From IMG/VR virus record IMGVR_UViG_3300042887_003526: DNA of 64,000 nucleotides; one strand, 5' to 3'. The position numbers were made by a program, and so were the translations under genes. Shown in pieces: positions 1 through 8,340 of the stretch (position 1 is the first letter of the stretch; each line of letters starts with the position of its first letter). This stretch comes from an uncultured virus (IMG/VR IMGVR_UViG_3300042887_003526). Taxonomy: Duplodnaviria; Heunggongvirae; Uroviricota; Caudoviricetes. A model generated the notes under the pieces. The model did not search any database. It saw only the letters and a list, made by a program, of their open reading frames with translations, and was not told the origin of the DNA.

Positions 1-480
1 ACAGGATCCTTGGTTTTCTCTCAACCAATCAGTAAATTTACCATCCATATCATTCATTTGCAATGCTTTATATTTTACAAATGCTTGTTTCTTTTCTTTT
101 TCTATTCTACGCAAAAAGGCATAATAGATGATTTGGGTGAAATAAGAAAAGGGATTATTAGATTTTTTGGGATCAAAGTTATGCGCGTATAATAGGCAAT
201 TTTCTATACCATCTCCAACCATATCCTCTCGGAACGGATAATTGATAAAATTGGGTCGGTAAGACAAATGTTCAGCAATTTTGACGAAACATTCAGCAAT
301 ATAATCGCTTACAGGGGGTCTAGGATCGTCGCAGGCCTCTGCGGCGCGCACAAGTTGCTTCCAGTCGGTCATTGCTTCACAAAACTTAACATTATCTATG
401 TAATGTTTTAAATTTGTTATTACTTTTTCCGGGATAGCTTCTTCTACTATTGGATTTTGTTTTTTCTTCTTTTTCTTCAT
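1..480 (-). CDS. gp55: T4-like late sigma factor gp55 (3' end runs off the window; missing from ORF track)
   Basis: Manual translation from ATG at 480: MKKKKKKQNP...HYIDNVKF...YIAECFVKIAEHLSYRPNFINYPFREDMVGDGIENC...NFDPKKSNNPFSYFTQIIYYAFLRRIEKEKKQ, the typical gp55 signature; position downstream of uvsW. Confidence 0.95.
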   Translation of the reverse strand, partial: MKKKKKKQNPIVEEAIPEKVITNLKHYIDNVKFCEAMTDWKQLVRAAEACDDPRPPVSDYIAECFVKIAEHLSYRPNFINYPFREDMVGDGIENCLLYAHNFDPKKSNNPFSYFTQIIYYAFLRRIEKEKKQAFVKYKALQMNDMDGKFTDWLRENQGSC

Positions 481-497
481 AATTTACCCATGCACGA

Positions 498-525
498 ATT
501 ATAACAAGTCACCAGAAGAAATCAA
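498..525 (-). promoter_or_regulatory. sigma70-type promoter for gp55 (TTGATT-16bp-TATAAT, extended -10 TG)
   Basis: Minus strand reads ttgatt tcttctggtgacttgt tataat, 17 nt upstream of the gp55 ATG. Confidence 0.7.
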
Positions 526-545
526 GAAATTTGTCAGAATTTCTC

Positions 546-574
546 TTGACACCGCTGACTACTATCATTACAAT
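546..574 (+). promoter_or_regulatory. near-consensus sigma70 promoter (TTGACA-17bp-TACAAT), divergent from the gp55 promoter, with no sense ORF downstream
   Basis: ttgaca ccgctgactactatcat tacaat. Confidence 0.6.
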
Positions 575-622
575 TCCTGTGTCTGGTATCAAGAAGAACT
601 ATAGTTAGACTTTAAAGAAGCT

Positions 623-1369
623 TTAAGAGCTCTTGGGTGGATCGGTATAATCATTCGAATTAGGGTCGGGACTCCAATCAGTCCAACGATTACCGTAATT
701 TGGGTGATTTTTTTCGTCCCCCGTAAATTTATTATCTTTTTTGACCTTTTTCGCTATTTTGGATAATTGTTTCGGATCCAATATACCGGCGTTCATTAAA
801 TTCATTAATGCTTCCGGGGGGAGCATCATTGAAATATAAATCATTGGTCTTTTTATAAAATCTATCTCTTCTTCGTCTTCAGGAAATGGCATATGTGGAT
901 CCATTGGTTCTTCAATGCTTTGTAATTTATTATACGCATCAGAACCCATCTCTTCCATTTCATGAAACAAATCACCAAATATTTGATTTAATATCTCTTC
1001 ATCAGTAATTGGTTTTTTGTTTTTGTTTAATTTCTTAAGCAAGCCATTTGCTTCTTCTTCTGTTATTTGTTTTCTGTCTTCTGAGAGAACATCTAATCTT
1101 TTCATTTCCATATCATATAATCTAAAAGTGTCATCTGTTGGATCTAGCATAGAAGCAATATGCGTTTTAGGAATTTCTATTTGCTGAGAGGTTGTGTGTA
1201 TTAACCAATCTTTCAACAAAGTCATATCATAAGGTCTTCCTACGTTATCCATTAATGTGGTTGTACGAAATACCATAGGTCTGGTGAGAACCATAGTTCT
1301 TTTATTTTTCTCGGTAACATGAGAAATCAATTCTTCGCCACTTTTTAATTTCAGAATTTTGTAACTCAT
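623..1369 (-). CDS. conserved T4-like protein between uvsW and gp55; N-terminal Sm-like domain, acidic C-terminal part
   Basis: N-terminus YKILKLKSGEELI...LTRPM...W; synteny uvsW-X-gp55. Confidence 0.6.
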   Translation of the reverse strand: MSYKILKLKSGEELISHVTEKNKRTMVLTRPMVFRTTTLMDNVGRPYDMTLLKDWLIHTTSQQIEIPKTHIASMLDPTDDTFRLYDMEMKRLDVLSEDRKQITEEEANGLLKKLNKNKKPITDEEILNQIFGDLFHEMEEMGSDAYNKLQSIEEPMDPHMPFPEDEEEIDFIKRPMIYISMMLPPEALMNLMNAGILDPKQLSKIAKKVKKDNKFTGDEKNHPNYGNRWTDWSPDPNSNDYTDPPKSS

Positions 1370-2847
1370 TTTAATTCCTCCAGGCGTATCTTTGTAAGAT
1401 TATATAAGAACTTCTCATTAGTATATATGTCTATGCGTTCATCCATGTGACGGAGCGCATGGTTTCTGTATTTTTTATATCGGAGATCATCACCAATATC
1501 GTATATTGTCACTTTATCTTTGGTGTCGCTTTTTCTTAATCCTCTTCCGATAGATTGTAACACTCTTACTACTGATTTAGATGGCGAAACAAATACAATG
1601 TTGTGTATGTTCTTAATATTTATACCCGTAGAACATGTTCCGTATGAAGCAACCAAGATGCTATCGGTTTGATTATTTACTATTTGTCTTATATCTTCTC
1701 GTTCAGATGCTTCTGTACCACCATATATGAAGAAACAGGACTTGTTGCAATTCTTTTTAATTTCTTCGTATAACGGTTTTCCGTGCTTATCAACATAATT
1801 AAATAGTACTAAAGTATTTCCTTTAAGATGGCAGCATAAGTTTACTATAAATTTATTTCTACTTTCATTTGCAACCAACCATTGAATCTCATCAATGTAT
1901 TTTGCTTTTTTAATTTCATCTATCTCTTCTTTTGTATATTCAAGCAATAAGCATTTGATCTTTAAATTAGAAAGAAGATTTTTGTCTATAAGAGATTTGG
2001 TTGAAGTTACATTATAGACTGGCCCAAATAAACCTTCTACAACTAATTTATGAACATGAGTTCCGTCTAATGTACCTGTTGTTCCAATTCTATATGGACA
2101 GTCTTTCATTTTAGACATGAGCGTGGTCAATGATTTTGCTTTAAATAAATGACACTCATCACCAAACACACAATATATGTTCTTAAAAAAGTCTTCTTTC
2201 ATTTTGTAAATACTTTGCCATGTTGAAATGATTACTTTTTTATTTGTTTGTTTGTCTTGTCCAGAATATATCACATGACATTTTTTGATAAATCCGTCTT
2301 TGTTGGAATAATCTTTAAAGTCGTTGAACATCTGGGCAACAAGACCAGTAGTTGGAACCACTACTAGTATTTGTTTATTCTCTGGTATTATTTTTTCTAA
2401 ACATCTAATTAGCATGTAGATAATCAAAGACTTACCACTACCAGTTGGCGATATCAGAAGAGTTCTTTGTTTATTCAGTGCATGTTTTACTGCTTCTATT
2501 TGGTGTTCATGTGGAGTAATGACACTTCCGCCCGAATAACATGTTGTTGTTTTTATAAAAGAATCTATATCTTCTTGTTTTATTATTTGTTTTGGTTTTG
2601 GATTAAATTCTACTTTGTAATTTCGTTCTTCTGCAAATTTAAAAATATAATCTAATAGTCCTGCATATATGGTGTGTGTTAAACTATTAAATAATCTAAT
2701 TTTTCCGTCCCATACTTTATTTCTATATGCAGGGGTAAATTTAAAATTAGGAACAGTAAAAGTAAAAAACGAACTTAATTCTTTTGCAACCGAACGGTCG
2801 CAATCAATTTTAACATTGACGGAATCTAGTTCGTTAATTGTAATCAT
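1366..2847 (-). CDS. uvsW: UvsW SF2 DNA/RNA-DNA helicase
   Basis: Walker A SPTGSGKS, DECH, GTTGT, QSIGRGLR; N-terminal WDGKIRLF. Confidence 0.95.
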   Translation of the reverse strand: MITINELDSVNVKIDCDRSVAKELSSFFTFTVPNFKFTPAYRNKVWDGKIRLFNSLTHTIYAGLLDYIFKFAEERNYKVEFNPKPKQIIKQEDIDSFIKTTTCYSGGSVITPHEHQIEAVKHALNKQRTLLISPTGSGKSLIIYMLIRCLEKIIPENKQILVVVPTTGLVAQMFNDFKDYSNKDGFIKKCHVIYSGQDKQTNKKVIISTWQSIYKMKEDFFKNIYCVFGDECHLFKAKSLTTLMSKMKDCPYRIGTTGTLDGTHVHKLVVEGLFGPVYNVTSTKSLIDKNLLSNLKIKCLLLEYTKEEIDEIKKAKYIDEIQWLVANESRNKFIVNLCCHLKGNTLVLFNYVDKHGKPLYEEIKKNCNKSCFFIYGGTEASEREDIRQIVNNQTDSILVASYGTCSTGINIKNIHNIVFVSPSKSVVRVLQSIGRGLRKSDTKDKVTIYDIGDDLRYKKYRNHALRHMDERIDIYTNEKFLYNLTKIRLEELK

Positions 2848-3284
2848 TGTCCCTGCGTGAACTTAACCCAATCTATGGCAGCACGAATATTCCATATACG
2901 ATTGCTTATGGATTTGACTGTACTTTCTAGATAATTTATTTTTTCTCTTTGTAGATCGACTTTATTGCATAAAGGGATAACATCAGAATCGCTTTCGATG
3001 AATTTGTCTAGATCTACTCGAAGTATTGACAGATCAAACGCTTCCCATCCCAATTTAGTTAATTGCTCTTCTGACATTTTACCAGAATAGTATAACCATT
3101 TGTTTTTCTTAAGAACTGCAAGATCCGATTCAAACTTTTTTAATATTAGTTTTTCGTCCATCAATATACACAAGTATTTGTTGTGTAGTTGAGGTACATT
3201 CAAACTTTCTCTATCAAGAGAAGTTGAATCGATCTTCATATCCTGTTCAATCATTATTTTAATATCGCTAAGTTTTATGCTCAT
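2844..3284 (-). CDS. uvsY: UvsY recombination mediator
   Basis: ESLNVPQLHNKY, WLYYSGK, IRAAIDWVKF; adjacent to uvsW. Confidence 0.92.
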   Translation of the reverse strand: MSIKLSDIKIMIEQDMKIDSTSLDRESLNVPQLHNKYLCILMDEKLILKKFESDLAVLKKNKWLYYSGKMSEEQLTKLGWEAFDLSILRVDLDKFIESDSDVIPLCNKVDLQREKINYLESTVKSISNRIWNIRAAIDWVKFTQGQ

Positions 3285-3290
3285 ACTTTA

Positions 3291-3299
3291 ATTATACCA
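3291..3299 (-). promoter_or_regulatory. extended -10 promoter (TGGTATAAT) for uvsY, 6 nt before ATG
   Basis: Minus strand tgtggtataattaaagtATG. Confidence 0.55.
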
Positions 3300-3305
3300 C
3301 AAATA

Positions 3306-3881
3306 TCAATATAAGTCTTCTTTTACTACTTCATAATGTGTATATGAAAATGTAGCAGTTGCCATTAAATTATCTACATCTTGAATAGAAACATCAAAAT
3401 CCAAACCAGATAGACTAACTGGATAGACATCATAAAATTTAAAAGTCACTATTGGTTTATATGCACTATTTAAAACATATAAACCTGCCATTGATGTTTT
3501 TTGCTTTTCTATTAATCGGTCAGACATACCATCGTATGTGCCTAGATTAATTAACCAATTGTGTATTTCTCTCCAATTTGTCATTTCCTCATCAACAGAA
3601 AATCCAATCTGTAGATCTTCGTATACTAATTGAGTTCCAGGCCTGTTAATATTAATTGATGTTGGATTTGATTGTACTGATTGACCAAAACCAATTGACG
3701 GTATGTTTGCTCTTTGACAAAAGAACGTCATAGAAGGCAATCGATTCATAACAAATATAAACTTATTCCCTGTGAGAAAATTTCTATTTGTTGGCTGAAA
3801 CTCATTTTCTATGAGTAGATCGCCTGGAAGTTTTTCACGAAAGGAGGCAGGTAATTGATTTAAGTAGTCTACGAATCCCAT
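3306..3881 (-). CDS. gp3: tail tube terminator / tail completion protein gp3
   Basis: NRNFL...F...FFCQRANIP...F.VDEEMTNWREIHNWL...YPVSLSGLDFD...ATATFSY; directly after gp23. Confidence 0.9.
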   Translation of the reverse strand: MGFVDYLNQLPASFREKLPGDLLIENEFQPTNRNFLTGNKFIFVMNRLPSMTFFCQRANIPSIGFGQSVQSNPTSININRPGTQLVYEDLQIGFSVDEEMTNWREIHNWLINLGTYDGMSDRLIEKQKTSMAGLYVLNSAYKPIVTFKFYDVYPVSLSGLDFDVSIQDVDNLMATATFSYTHYEVVKEDLY

Positions 3882-3886
3882 ACAAG

Positions 3887-3894
3887 TATTTATA
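3887..3894 (-). promoter_or_regulatory. T4 late promoter TATAAATA (gp3)
   Basis: Exact consensus, 5 nt before the ATG. Confidence 0.8.
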
Positions 3895-3925
3895 AAAGAA
3901 AACCGGGAGCATTTCTGCTCCCGGT
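3894..3925 (-). terminator. Rho-independent terminator after gp23
   Basis: 10-bp stem accgggagca/tgctcccggt, GAAA loop on the minus strand, then TTTCTTTT. Confidence 0.88.
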
Positions 3926-3952
3926 CTTTGTGAACTCAGTTGTTCAGATCAA

Positions 3953-5383
3953 TCAGGGATTACCACCGAAGTAACCACCAGTTTGACCGTGCAGGTTCTT
4001 GACGCTAAACAGTCTGTAGTAGACGTTTGAGGAAGCATCTAGACCATCATTGTTACCAGTGATTTGGGTTCTACCCTTAGCGAATGGATTTGCAACCATT
4101 CCGTAACGGGTCTTGAAACCAATCTTTGGTTGGAATGTATCTTGCGATACTGCACGAACCATTTGGAGCGGAACATATGGGCAGTAGAACATACCGGCGT
4201 CATATGGGGAAACTCCCTTATAACCAACGAGGCAGAAGTCAACACCTTCGGCAACGAATGGGTCAATGTAAACCTTGAACTTACCATTCAATACACCGGC
4301 GAAGACGTTTCCTGTATCGTCAACATTCAAATTGGTGTTGAGAGCAGGAGAGAGGTTCAAGAATCCACCCATTGCGAGAGCAGATGCGACATCGGCGCTG
4401 CAAAGGATGAAGTTACCCTTTCCTCTACGAGTTTGCTTGGCGATCAAGTTTGCTTCGCGTTCGATTTGGAACATCAAACCACGGTAGCGTTCTGCACTCC
4501 AACGACCATCGGAGTCGTTGAGAATGTCGTATACACCGTTTCCACCACCAGAGAGGTCGGTGTTTGATGCACCCTTCTTCGCAATGAAGTAAACTGCGCG
4601 GATGATTTCGCGGTTGATTTCATTGAGAATTTCTGTGCTGAGGATGTTTGCCAACTCAGATTCAGCATCAAGTCCGTGAACGGCCTTGAGGTCTTGTGCC
4701 AATTCTGTGGTGTATTCTGCCTTGAGGGCGCGTGTTCTTGCTTCGACAGCAACGCGCTCAATGCTGAATGCCATTTCACGGAATTGATAGGTATCAGCCG
4801 CACCACCAAGATTTTCTGCTTGACTGGTGAGTATTCCACGGAACTTTGTCCAATCTGAAATTTGTGTTCCAGAAGAATTGATTGGGGTGACGCCGAAGGT
4901 ATGACCACCTGCGACATTGCTACCCAACATTCCGGGACCGCTGAATCCACCGGATGCACCGGATGCACCGGAGAACTGGGCCCATGGCTCATCAAACATT
5001 GCTTCATCGCCTGTTTGTGACTGATATCTTGATCTCATTGCGAAGATCAAACCTGTTGGTGCAGTCATTGGTTGAACGCCAGCGATGTCGTAAGCAACGA
5101 CGTTTGGCATGGCGCGACGAACCAACGAAATGAGGATTGGGTCGTAACCGGCGAGATTACCAGCAGAAGAGGTAGCAGCAGAAACGCTGAATCCACCACC
5201 CATTGCGTTGGCGGGTGCTTCTGTGAGCATTTGCTCTTGGAGAGCCTTCTTTTGGTTCTCTAAGAGAACTGCGGTTACTCTACGCTTGTGTACATCTCCG
5301 ATATTTGGAAGATCCGAATGATTTATAATTGGATCCCATTTTTCTACTAATGTGTCGTACGGTGTTGTTGAATTAAAGTCCAT
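3953..5383 (-). CDS. gp23: major capsid protein gp23
   Basis: EKWDPI, LLENQ, YDPILISLVRRAMP, GVQPMTAPTGLIFAMR, RALKAEYTTELAQDLKAVHGLDAE, FQPKIGFKTRYG. Confidence 0.99.
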   Translation of the reverse strand: MDFNSTTPYDTLVEKWDPIINHSDLPNIGDVHKRRVTAVLLENQKKALQEQMLTEAPANAMGGGFSVSAATSSAGNLAGYDPILISLVRRAMPNVVAYDIAGVQPMTAPTGLIFAMRSRYQSQTGDEAMFDEPWAQFSGASGASGGFSGPGMLGSNVAGGHTFGVTPINSSGTQISDWTKFRGILTSQAENLGGAADTYQFREMAFSIERVAVEARTRALKAEYTTELAQDLKAVHGLDAESELANILSTEILNEINREIIRAVYFIAKKGASNTDLSGGGNGVYDILNDSDGRWSAERYRGLMFQIEREANLIAKQTRRGKGNFILCSADVASALAMGGFLNLSPALNTNLNVDDTGNVFAGVLNGKFKVYIDPFVAEGVDFCLVGYKGVSPYDAGMFYCPYVPLQMVRAVSQDTFQPKIGFKTRYGMVANPFAKGRTQITGNNDGLDASSNVYYRLFSVKNLHGQTGGYFGGNP

Positions 5384-5401
5384 CTTTTTCTCCTTGTATA
5401 C

Positions 5402-5409
5402 TATGTATT
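5402..5409 (-). promoter_or_regulatory. late promoter variant AATACATA (gp23), followed by AAGGAG RBS
   Basis: Minus strand aatacatagtatacaaggagaaaaagATG; the same 8-mer precedes gp18. Confidence 0.6.
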
Positions 5410-5427
5410 AATTTGTATTTTTCTAAA

Positions 5428-6423
5428 TTACTTTTTAGAATTTGTTAATTTTAACTGATTGCTAAGTGTTCTTGCATACGCTTCCATAATTGGATCAGAA
5501 CCTGTTGGTTTTGTATTTGGTGTGGTTGTTTCCTCCGTAATAGAACCATAATTTGGTGCTAATGTGTTGTTGACACGATTATTCTTGCCAAAATAAGATT
5601 CTTTCAGAATTTTTACCTTGTCTGCATACTGTTCGACACTGTTAAATTCTAAATTTTCTGAAAGTTTTGCAAGTTTTTCTACTTCTGTGTCGGCCAAACC
5701 ATTGCTGATTTCAATGAATGATTCAGCACACAGATGTGCGAGTAGTTGATTCTTGAGTTCCATGTTTTCTGCCAATGCTGAATTTGCGGCATTCTCCAAT
5801 TCAGCATTTGCGGCAAACAGATCGTCTAATACATCATACTTCTCTTGAGGAACATCAATGAAACTGTTCTCAAACAATTCCTTTAATCCCAGAATGAAGT
5901 TTTCAGCGATCTCTGTGCGGAAACCGTTTTCAATGGCCAACTTGTTTTCATTTGACCATTCTTCTACAACATAGGTCAGATATTGATCAACATGTTCAAC
6001 TATAGAAGAAATGTTATTTTGTAACTTCTCTTCGATAATTTCTTTTGTTGCTTCCAACATCGATTGCTCAATGATTGAAACTTTCTCGTTGAGTGCAGCA
6101 GTAAAGATTGTTTTAATCTTTTGTACAAACTCAGGAGAAGCATTTGCGCCCTCAAAGATTGCATTGAGTGCATCATTGATGTCTACTTCTAATTGTTCGT
6201 TCTGAGTCATTGCTTCCTCATCATCTACTTCACCTACTTGTGAGTTTCCTTGCATTTGAGCAGCTGCAGCTGCAACACTACCATTTGGTCTGAGTGTTGC
6301 CTTGTTTGCTTCTGCATTATCGTTTGTTTGCAGTGTACCGAGTACTGCGCCTCTTCCGTTTGCATCGCTGTATAATCCTGGCGATGAGTAACCCATATCT
6401 GTTTGTTGTTTGTTATCTTGCAC
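5428..6423 (-). CDS. gp22: prohead core scaffolding protein gp22 (GTG start)
   Basis: VDQYLTYVVEEW..ENKLAIENG.RTEIAENFI.GLKELF, GLADTEVEKL, ILKESYF, MEAY. Confidence 0.95.
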   Translation of the reverse strand: MQDNKQQTDMGYSSPGLYSDANGRGAVLGTLQTNDNAEANKATLRPNGSVAAAAAQMQGNSQVGEVDDEEAMTQNEQLEVDINDALNAIFEGANASPEFVQKIKTIFTAALNEKVSIIEQSMLEATKEIIEEKLQNNISSIVEHVDQYLTYVVEEWSNENKLAIENGFRTEIAENFILGLKELFENSFIDVPQEKYDVLDDLFAANAELENAANSALAENMELKNQLLAHLCAESFIEISNGLADTEVEKLAKLSENLEFNSVEQYADKVKILKESYFGKNNRVNNTLAPNYGSITEETTTPNTKPTGSDPIMEAYARTLSNQLKLTNSKK

Positions 6424-6452
6424 GATATATTTCCTCCACTTTTTGGCAATTA

Positions 6453-6460
6453 TATTTAGT
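6453..6460 (-). promoter_or_regulatory. late promoter variant ACTAAATA (gp22)
   Basis: Upstream of GGAGG RBS and GTG start. Confidence 0.6.
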
Positions 6461-6492
6461 ATAAACTAAATTTTCACAATACGATTGTGTAC

Positions 6493-7146
6493 TTATTTTG
6501 TTAATCTTTTTAAAATATGTGAACCGAGCGGTGCATTTAAATTATGTTTTCTGTTATCAGCAGTAGTTTTACCGGGATCATAGGTATGAATTGTACTTAC
6601 CATTTTATCCACAACTCCATTTGCAATGGCACTTGTTACTCTACCTAACATACTCTTTTGACTAGAATCTTTGGGAAACAGAGTAGTTCCGGTAGGTGGA
6701 GTCGAAAGGTTTGCATTCATCATCTTAACTCCGCGCACCCCTGCTCTTATTGCATTTTGTGCTCCCCTCAACGCTCCTATTGCAGATGATTTTATTGCCG
6801 CATTTCCGGCTGCCCCTGTATTTCTTACTCTCTGACCTTCCATTGATGAATAATCTTTATCACTAATAAATTTTCCCCCTACTCTGGGTCGAGGAGAGGT
6901 TCTATTTAAAACATTAGTGACATTTTGATTTGCATCTGCCGCTACTTGTGCTGTTTTGCCTATGGTATTTACTGCTGCACGACCTGCACCCAGAGCACCA
7001 CCTAAAAGTCTTGCGCCTGCTCTGCCAATTGCAGCTGCGGCAAACCCAGGCCGTGAAGCACGAAAGATTATTTCATTAAGTTCATGGTGTCTCTTCCATT
7101 CGTTGAACTTTTTGATTTCTAATAAGTTTTCTTTACTGGTATTCAT
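6493..7146 (-). CDS. basic Ala/Gly/Arg-rich hypothetical protein between gp21 and gp22; candidate internal head protein
   Basis: 217-aa ORF coupled to the gp21 stop (TAATG); N-terminal KKFNEW...LNE. Confidence 0.6.
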   Translation of the reverse strand: MNTSKENLLEIKKFNEWKRHHELNEIIFRASRPGFAAAAIGRAGARLLGGALGAGRAAVNTIGKTAQVAADANQNVTNVLNRTSPRPRVGGKFISDKDYSSMEGQRVRNTGAAGNAAIKSSAIGALRGAQNAIRAGVRGVKMMNANLSTPPTGTTLFPKDSSQKSMLGRVTSAIANGVVDKMVSTIHTYDPGKTTADNRKHNLNAPLGSHILKRLTK

Positions 7147-7793
7147 TAAAGTCTTCTTAAGAAATCTTCAAATAATGAAATTGCTTTCTTTTCTAAATTT
7201 CTTTTAGATGTTTTGGTTAATTCTTTATGATATCCGTCAATTATTTTCTCTTTGAGAAGACCATTATCCCAGACCCATTCTCTTCCTTCCATTATACCAT
7301 TTACAAACGCATTTGGCGCAGATGGGTCTGCAACGATATCGATAGCAGAAAGAGAGAAATCCGGTTGAACTTCGTTTACTTCATTGACTTTCTTAAGAGA
7401 ACCCATGCCTCTTGAAGAAACTCCCAACAAAGCACCTTCGTCAATTAGATTCTTTACAATGTTTCCCATCGGAGTTTCTGTAAGAATCTTTGCACGACCA
7501 ACGAAATCATTTCCATTTTTGCTTAAATTGGTGATCATGTGAGAAACACGATCAAGATTTACTGTTGGGCCTTGTGGATGGTTTAGTTCACCAAGTGCTC
7601 TCTTCTTTACTATAAAGTTTTGATGATATCTACCTATTTCGTTTTCTAAAATAGGCAGTGGATATTTTCTTCCATTACGATTTACGGTTTCTGCCTGAAG
7701 CATAACACCTTCGAGGAAGTAATTTTTCTTTCCATCCTCACGAGACTCAACTATTGGTTTTACTGTTTCTATTGTCTCAGTTATTAGCTTCAT
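7146..7793 (-). CDS. gp21: prohead protease gp21
   Basis: MKLITE, NRNGRKYP, ALGELNHP, GVSSRGMGSL, DIVADPSAPNAFV. Confidence 0.97.
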   Translation of the reverse strand: MKLITETIETVKPIVESREDGKKNYFLEGVMLQAETVNRNGRKYPLPILENEIGRYHQNFIVKKRALGELNHPQGPTVNLDRVSHMITNLSKNGNDFVGRAKILTETPMGNIVKNLIDEGALLGVSSRGMGSLKKVNEVNEVQPDFSLSAIDIVADPSAPNAFVNGIMEGREWVWDNGLLKEKIIDGYHKELTKTSKRNLEKKAISLFEDFLRRL

Positions 7794-7802
7794 TTGTTTA
7801 CC

Positions 7803-8309
7803 TTAAATGTTTTGGTTCATAAAACTTTCAACTACTTGTTGAATTTCTTCTTGTGTTAATTCATAACCAGATTCTTTTTCAATTTGTTCGATGATTTGGT
7901 TGAGGGTTTCTTGAAGTTCTTCTTCGGTCAAGGACTCATAGACTTTTTTCTTTCCGTCTTCTTCCTCTTCGTCCTCATCTTCTTCCTCTTCTTCCTCTTC
8001 TTCCTCTTCCTCGTCTTTGTCTTCTTCCTCTTCGTCCTCGTCCTTTTCTTCCTTCATGTTTCCAGAAATCTTTTCTCTACGATTCTTTAAATACTCGTCG
8101 GATTCATCAGAATCGCCGTCGTTGTCTACGTCTTCGTCCTCGTCGCCAACTGGATCCATTTTTTCATTGAACACAGACGGAGCAAATTCAACTAATTGTT
8201 GCTCTAAGAGCTTTCCCATCTTTTCGTAAAGACTAGATTGAATGAGTTTTTTGCCCTCTATTAAATTGTTATTTAAAATGCTGTTTACTGCTTTTTGTAT
8301 ATTTGACAT
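7803..8309 (-). CDS. acidic prohead core protein (gp67/gp68-like)
   Basis: Between gp20 and gp21; long poly-E/D tract; DPVGDEDEDVDNDGDSDESDEYL motif. Confidence 0.7.
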   Translation of the reverse strand: MSNIQKAVNSILNNNLIEGKKLIQSSLYEKMGKLLEQQLVEFAPSVFNEKMDPVGDEDEDVDNDGDSDESDEYLKNRREKISGNMKEEKDEDEEEEDKDEEEEEEEEEEEDEDEEEEDGKKKVYESLTEEELQETLNQIIEQIEKESGYELTQEEIQQVVESFMNQNI

Positions 8310-8332
8310 GGTTTTCTCCTATTTCTATATAT

Positions 8333-8340
8333 TATTTATA
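8333..8340 (-). promoter_or_regulatory. late promoter TATAAATA overlapping the gp20 stop
   Basis: Exact consensus followed by AGGAG RBS. Confidence 0.7.

Noticed and set aside
10..192. Plus-strand 60-aa ORF
   Set aside because: Antisense shadow of gp55
4039..5263. Several alternative-frame and antisense ORFs within gp23
   Set aside because: Expected from the higher GC and codon bias of a highly expressed gene; no RBS or motifs
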